IMG/VR virus record: IMGVR_UViG_3300017963_000217
Coordinates: 1 to 64,000 of that record
DNA: 64,000 nt
Strand: one strand, 5' to 3'
Source of the DNA: a virus
The position numbers and the translations under genes are program-made. The notes beneath the pieces are model-generated. The model searched no databases and was not told the DNA's origin. It was given only the letters and a program-made list of their open reading frames with translations. Below, piece by piece: positions 59,828-64,000 of the stretch. Position 1 is the stretch's first letter; the number at the start of each line of letters is the position of its first letter.

Positions 59828-62518
59828 ATGGCAAGAAACAGGATCATTTATGGTTCTCAATCAGTATGGTGTAATGGTGAAATCCTATATAGAGTGCAGA
59901 CACTGGGCAGTACCACAACTTTTACGTCTGAGGACATATTTGAACTAGGTCATTTAGATATAGTAGACGTTGTGGACGACGTAAGATAGTTGCGTCCTTG
60001 TTGGGTAACCAACATGTAAAACTTCATGATATGCTGGAAACTCCCACTAAGTTTTTACTACTAACCGATATCGGAGTAATAATGTAAAAAATAGGGACAA
60101 TCAGCAGGGGAGATTTTATAATGAGAAAAAAAATGCCTTATAGTAAGGATGAATTACAAAAGTTGTATATGGAAGAGGGATCTATAGGTAAAGTAGCATC
60201 AAAATTATCTAAACCTTATAGTACTGTTAGATATTGGTATGAAAAAAATGATATCAAAGTACAACCTTCATGCATGACTATCTACCAAGAATTAAGAGAA
60301 ACCCCCATGTCACAATTTCAAAAATCTATAGTTTTGGGTTCGGTTCTTGGTGATGGGAATTTGAAATTAGCCCCCCATAGTAAAAATGCTAGACTAAGAA
60401 TTGGTCATTGTAAAAAGCAAATAGGTTATTTAAAATGGAAATACGATATGCTACAACCCTTTTCTAGAAAATTTGGTTTAGATCAGCCTGCCAAAGAAAA
60501 AATTTATAAAGGGAAAAAGTTTAAGTCGACTGATTTTTACAGATTTCATACGGTAGTTCATCCAGATATTACTTATTATTATAGAAAATATTATAATAAG
60601 GGTAACAAAATAGTTCACAGAGACGTTATAGATGAACTTGATTTAATATCACTTGCTATATGGTTTGGTGATGATGGATCTTCATACAGAGATAAAAGAA
60701 CTGATGCTGTTATGTGCTCATTTGCTACTAATTCATTTAGTTATAAGGAACAAGTAGTGCTAGTAAAGGCTTTAAGAAGGTTCTTTGGTGGTACCATAAA
60801 AATAGATGAGCAAGGTAATAAAGGCAGATCAGATTTACTTTTAAGAATGTATAAGACCGTTTATGTAAAAGACTTTTTGTACAATATTAAATCAATTTTA
60901 CCAAAATGTATTCATTATAAAATCGCCCTCAGAGACTAGGTATGAAGCTCCTATTTTATTATAGGATGAAGGTATAGTCCGAACTTACAGGAAACTGTAA
61001 GAGGGAATGCCGAAGAGCTTCCCCGCCTAACAGGTAAAGCTGAGGTCATTATAAGTAACAGATTGACCTGCTGTCGCAGTTACACTTAACACTAACGATT
61101 GGGGCGATGTAAAAACCATGGCCGTATTAGCACAAGTTCCAGCAGCTAAACTTGCAATGGACGCTAACGCTACTAATAGTAATGCTAACTTAGCTACTGT
61201 TGACTCAAGTCTTACAGAGTTGGGTTATTACCATCATGGTGCATGTTTAGCTGACTTTGCGGTTACTTGTGGTAACTTAACTGGTGTTACTTTATGGGCT
61301 CCAGTTCAGTCAGAATGTGATCTTGGTACACTAGCTAATAATATAGACCAGACTATGGTAATGGACGAAGTCTACGTAAATAGTCTTGAATTTGGCTATA
61401 CTACTGGTGCAAATGCTACTGAGAACTACGGTGCTGAGACTGACCAAAAGCTATGGTTGCTGAATGATGGTAGATTTGTTAACTACGAAGAACTAGATTA
61501 TGATAGTGGTGATTTTACCACTTCTGGTACTTTAGCTTCTGGTGTTACTATAGCCACATTTAGTGATGGAAGTTTGGGATTCTTAAGAACCGATGTTGAT
61601 GGCGCTAGGGCAGTTACCTATTTTGATGCAAGTGCGAACAATGGGCTTGGTGAACAAGTTAATTGGGCAGTTGTTTCTGGTACTGCTGCTGCTACTAGTA
61701 CATTTGTGTATGATGAATCTACTGATACCTTGTATCTACCTACTGTTGGTATAGCTCCAGCGGCCGGCGACAAGATATTTGCTGTATACTCAGCAGACGG
61801 TTATGTAACTGCTATGGGTAATAAATATTTTGAAATTCTAGATGTTACTGAGCGCCCAGATACTATTGGCGCTTTGAGACAGGGTCAGGTAGAGATTTAT
61901 ATTGTATCTGATACTGACGCATCATATGAGAATGCATGGAGATTGACTGCGGTTACTATTACTTCTGACCTTACGCGTGAAGCTTTGGCTGAACTTGGTC
62001 ATTTGGGTCCATATGATAGGCCGTTGACAGTTCCAATACCAATTACAGTTACCATAGACACCACTGCTGGTGACTTGGAACATTGGTCAAGATTTGCTGA
62101 TAGGTATTCCGAGTTTGCTAATGATACTATGATAGATATAGATCTAGCAGATTTATTCTCATCGGAAGATCTTAAGTTAGTGGTTAAGGTATTTGCTCAG
62201 ACCGACGAAGAAGCTGGTGGAACAGGTTCTAATAGAACTATTGCTGTCGGTTCAGATCTTATTGGTCAGGATTATTTTTGGTCAGATTCTGCGGCAAGTT
62301 CTGTAAAGGGAACCATTGCTGCTGGTCAAACTGAAAGAGCACTTAAGACTATCGTTGTTGAACATCTTAAGATTACGGATGAGGCTTACACATTGGATCT
62401 TGGAACAAACGCTACTCAGACATTTGGGTTTCGTTCAACCAATGATCTCTATGTTGTTAAGGGAGACCTTGATATAGATCATATTACTGGTGGTAATAAG
62501 ATTAGGCGTAATGCTTAA
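59828..62518 (+). CDS. major tail (tube-like) protein, spliced: exon1 59828-59982, exon2 61066-62518 (535 aa)
   Basis: SD AGGAGG; joining GT|A gives ...ELGHLDIVDVVDDVPAVAVTLNTNDWGDVKTMAVLAQ; hairpin downstream. Confidence 0.75.
59983..61065 (+). ncRNA. group I intron in major tail gene
   Basis: P1 GACGT/GCGTC with U-G; TATGCTGGAAA, CAATCAGCAGG, CTCAGAGACTA, TATAGTCCGAAC; ends AAGTAACAGATTG as intron 1 does. Confidence 0.9.
60121..60939 (+). CDS. intron-encoded LAGLIDADG endonuclease (LAGLIDADG_2-type) with N-terminal HTH
   Basis: VLGSVLGDGNL, LAIWFGDDGS, TNSFS. Confidence 0.88.
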   Translation: MRKKMPYSKDELQKLYMEEGSIGKVASKLSKPYSTVRYWYEKNDIKVQPSCMTIYQELRETPMSQFQKSIVLGSVLGDGNLKLAPHSKNARLRIGHCKKQIGYLKWKYDMLQPFSRKFGLDQPAKEKIYKGKKFKSTDFYRFHTVVHPDITYYYRKYYNKGNKIVHRDVIDELDLISLAIWFGDDGSSYRDKRTDAVMCSFATNSFSYKEQVVLVKALRRFFGGTIKIDEQGNKGRSDLLLRMYKTVYVKDFLYNIKSILPKCIHYKIALRD

Positions 62519-62532
62519 TTAGATTGAAGGCG

Positions 62533-62562
62533 TATGGGTGAGGGAACTATCCCTCACCTATA
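62533..62562 (+). terminator. stem-loop after major tail gene
   Basis: TATGGGTGAGGGA-ACTA-TCCCTCACCTATA. Confidence 0.6.
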
Positions 62563-62588
62563 CCTTAATTATGGGAAGGAGAAATAAG

Positions 62589-62858
62589 ATGGTTGAAAAG
62601 GTTGATAAACATAAGGAAAAGTTAATGCGAGATGTTAACGAGGAAGTTACTATATTGTTTGAAAAAACATTAGATTATGCCGAAGTGGCTGTACCTAATG
62701 TAGAACAATACAAAAGGCTTAGATCAAAAATACTAAGAGTTGGTAATAATTGTATACGCAATATTAATAAAATTATAGCTGCTCGTTATTTAGTAAAATT
62801 TGATCCGCCAACTGAAACTATTATTGAAACCAAATTAGGTAATACGGCAAAGGACTAA
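62589..62858 (+). CDS. conserved phage hypothetical protein
   Basis: ATG62589 after SD AAGGAG; LRSKILRVGN. Confidence 0.55.
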   Translation: MVEKVDKHKEKLMRDVNEEVTILFEKTLDYAEVAVPNVEQYKRLRSKILRVGNNCIRNINKIIAARYLVKFDPPTETIIETKLGNTAKD

Positions 62859-62874
62859 TATAGGAGGATGTAAA

Positions 62875-63639
62875 ATGGAAGAAAAAGAAAAGGCTATTGT
62901 AGAGAACAGAAGGAAATTTGAGGACCCCACTACATCAAAGACTTATTATATTGCTACACCAACAGCTGAAGATGTAAGGGGTGCAGATTGGCAATATAGC
63001 AAGATGTATACAAAATCTCTTAAAGAAGGTATTGTAACATCTGCTGAAATGGTGGACGTACTTAAATTACGCGGAGTTATAGGACCTGAATTTGAAAGAC
63101 GTCAGAAGGAATTAACCGATGAGCTAGCTAAGAAAGTTGAAGAATTGAGATCATCAATAGACATGGATGATAAGCAGAGGCTGGCATTAGAAGTTAGTTC
63201 TTTAAGGCAGGAGTTATATGAGTGGAATTATAGGCTTAATGGTCCAATGTCTAATACATGTGAGCAGATAGCCGATGATTCTAGGTTGGAATATTTAACA
63301 TCAAGAATGGTTCAACGAGATGATGGTGAAAGACTGTGGGAAGAGTACTCTGATTTTTTGAAGGAAAGTAACCAAGCTTTATCTATGAGAGCTAGGTTTG
63401 AAGTTATGCTCTATTTACAGGGACTAGATTCTGATTTTCTTGAGAAAACTCCTGAGGCTACAGCTATTAGAGAGATAGAACAGGATATACAAAATAAAGC
63501 TAGTGAAGCATTGGCTAAATTAGAAGCATCTGTGGCCGAGGACTCAGAGGAAGAGGAATCTGATACTACCGAAGAAAAAAAATCCAGATCTAAAAGAAAA
63601 AGTAGAACAAGAAAAACTACAAGTAAAAAATCGGAGTAA
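62875..63639 (+). CDS. putative tail assembly chaperone
   Basis: synteny after tail tube; helical. Confidence 0.45.
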   Translation: MEEKEKAIVENRRKFEDPTTSKTYYIATPTAEDVRGADWQYSKMYTKSLKEGIVTSAEMVDVLKLRGVIGPEFERRQKELTDELAKKVEELRSSIDMDDKQRLALEVSSLRQELYEWNYRLNGPMSNTCEQIADDSRLEYLTSRMVQRDDGERLWEEYSDFLKESNQALSMRARFEVMLYLQGLDSDFLEKTPEATAIREIEQDIQNKASEALAKLEASVAEDSEEEESDTTEEKKSRSKRKSRTRKTTSKKSE

Positions 63640-63641
63640 TT

Positions 63642-64000
63642 ATGACATTACCGATTGGAGAACTAGAAAAATACATAGAGCAAATTTGTACTGGAATTAA
63701 AATAGTTGATATTGATAATTATACCATATTATTCAAGCCGGCTACAAATTTTGTTCTTATGAAAGCTAGACGCCTTTATGATATGGAGTATAAAAGATCT
63801 ATAGATGAAGGATTGTTACCTATAGACGAAATGAAAACTATACTTGAAGAGCGTAATTTTATAAGGGCTGAGGATAGAAATAAATTATCTAAACTTCAAT
63901 CACAATTAGAAGCTCAAAAAATATTGCTGGCAAAAACACTAAAAGTTAAAGCTAATCAAGACCGTATAAAAGATGTAATACATAAACTGGAAGAAGAGAT
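63642..64000 (+). CDS. partial ORF, paralogous to 62875 (possible second tail chaperone)
   Basis: YKRSIDEGLLPIDEMKTIL resembles YTKSLKEGIVTSAEMVDVL; runs off the window. Confidence 0.5.
   Translation, partial: MTLPIGELEKYIEQICTGIKIVDIDNYTILFKPATNFVLMKARRLYDMEYKRSIDEGLLPIDEMKTILEERNFIRAEDRNKLSKLQSQLEAQKILLAKTLKVKANQDRIKDVIHKLEEE

Noticed and set aside
1-64000. Genome-wide TAG reassignment (code 15-like)
   Set aside because: Long genes are intact under code 11, and several TAG stops are followed at once by the next SD/start or by a second stop; only isolated in-frame ambers were found.

Overview
64-kb segment of a large, AT-rich tailed dsDNA phage (no tail sheath gene seen, so possibly siphovirus-like). 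Essentially all genes are on the + strand in genetic code 11. Layout: (1) 1-13.6 kb accessory/translation region with a Thg1-like tRNA repair polymerase, NDT-like enzymes, an M15 endolysin, five tRNAs including an amber (CUA) suppressor, a Pth2-like gene and a probable iteron/GATC origin. (2) 13.7-22.2 kb modular fibre genes. (3) 22.3-29.4 kb ClpP, a coiled-coil protein plus a volactin-like actin, CSP, dNMP kinase, HD hydrolase and NusG. (4) 29.4-64 kb morphogenesis: terminase with two Ser-initiated inteins, portal, protease, scaffold, a major capsid gene and a major tail gene each split by a group I intron, a second fibre cluster and several free-standing homing endonucleases. Top finding: an unannotated amber-gated translational circuit at 6.5-8.4 kb. 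A leader ORF M-T-amber-I-H-K-M-E-Y-G-amber-V-A-R-G-P-P-stop ends in an RGPP arrest-type motif whose codons form the anti-Shine-Dalgarno of the downstream operon (unknown protein, Pth2-like protein, amber suppressor tRNA). A second amber-terminated leader/hairpin lies upstream, and an HNH nuclease elsewhere has an in-frame amber inside its catalytic motif. All family assignments are from motif recognition, not database searches.
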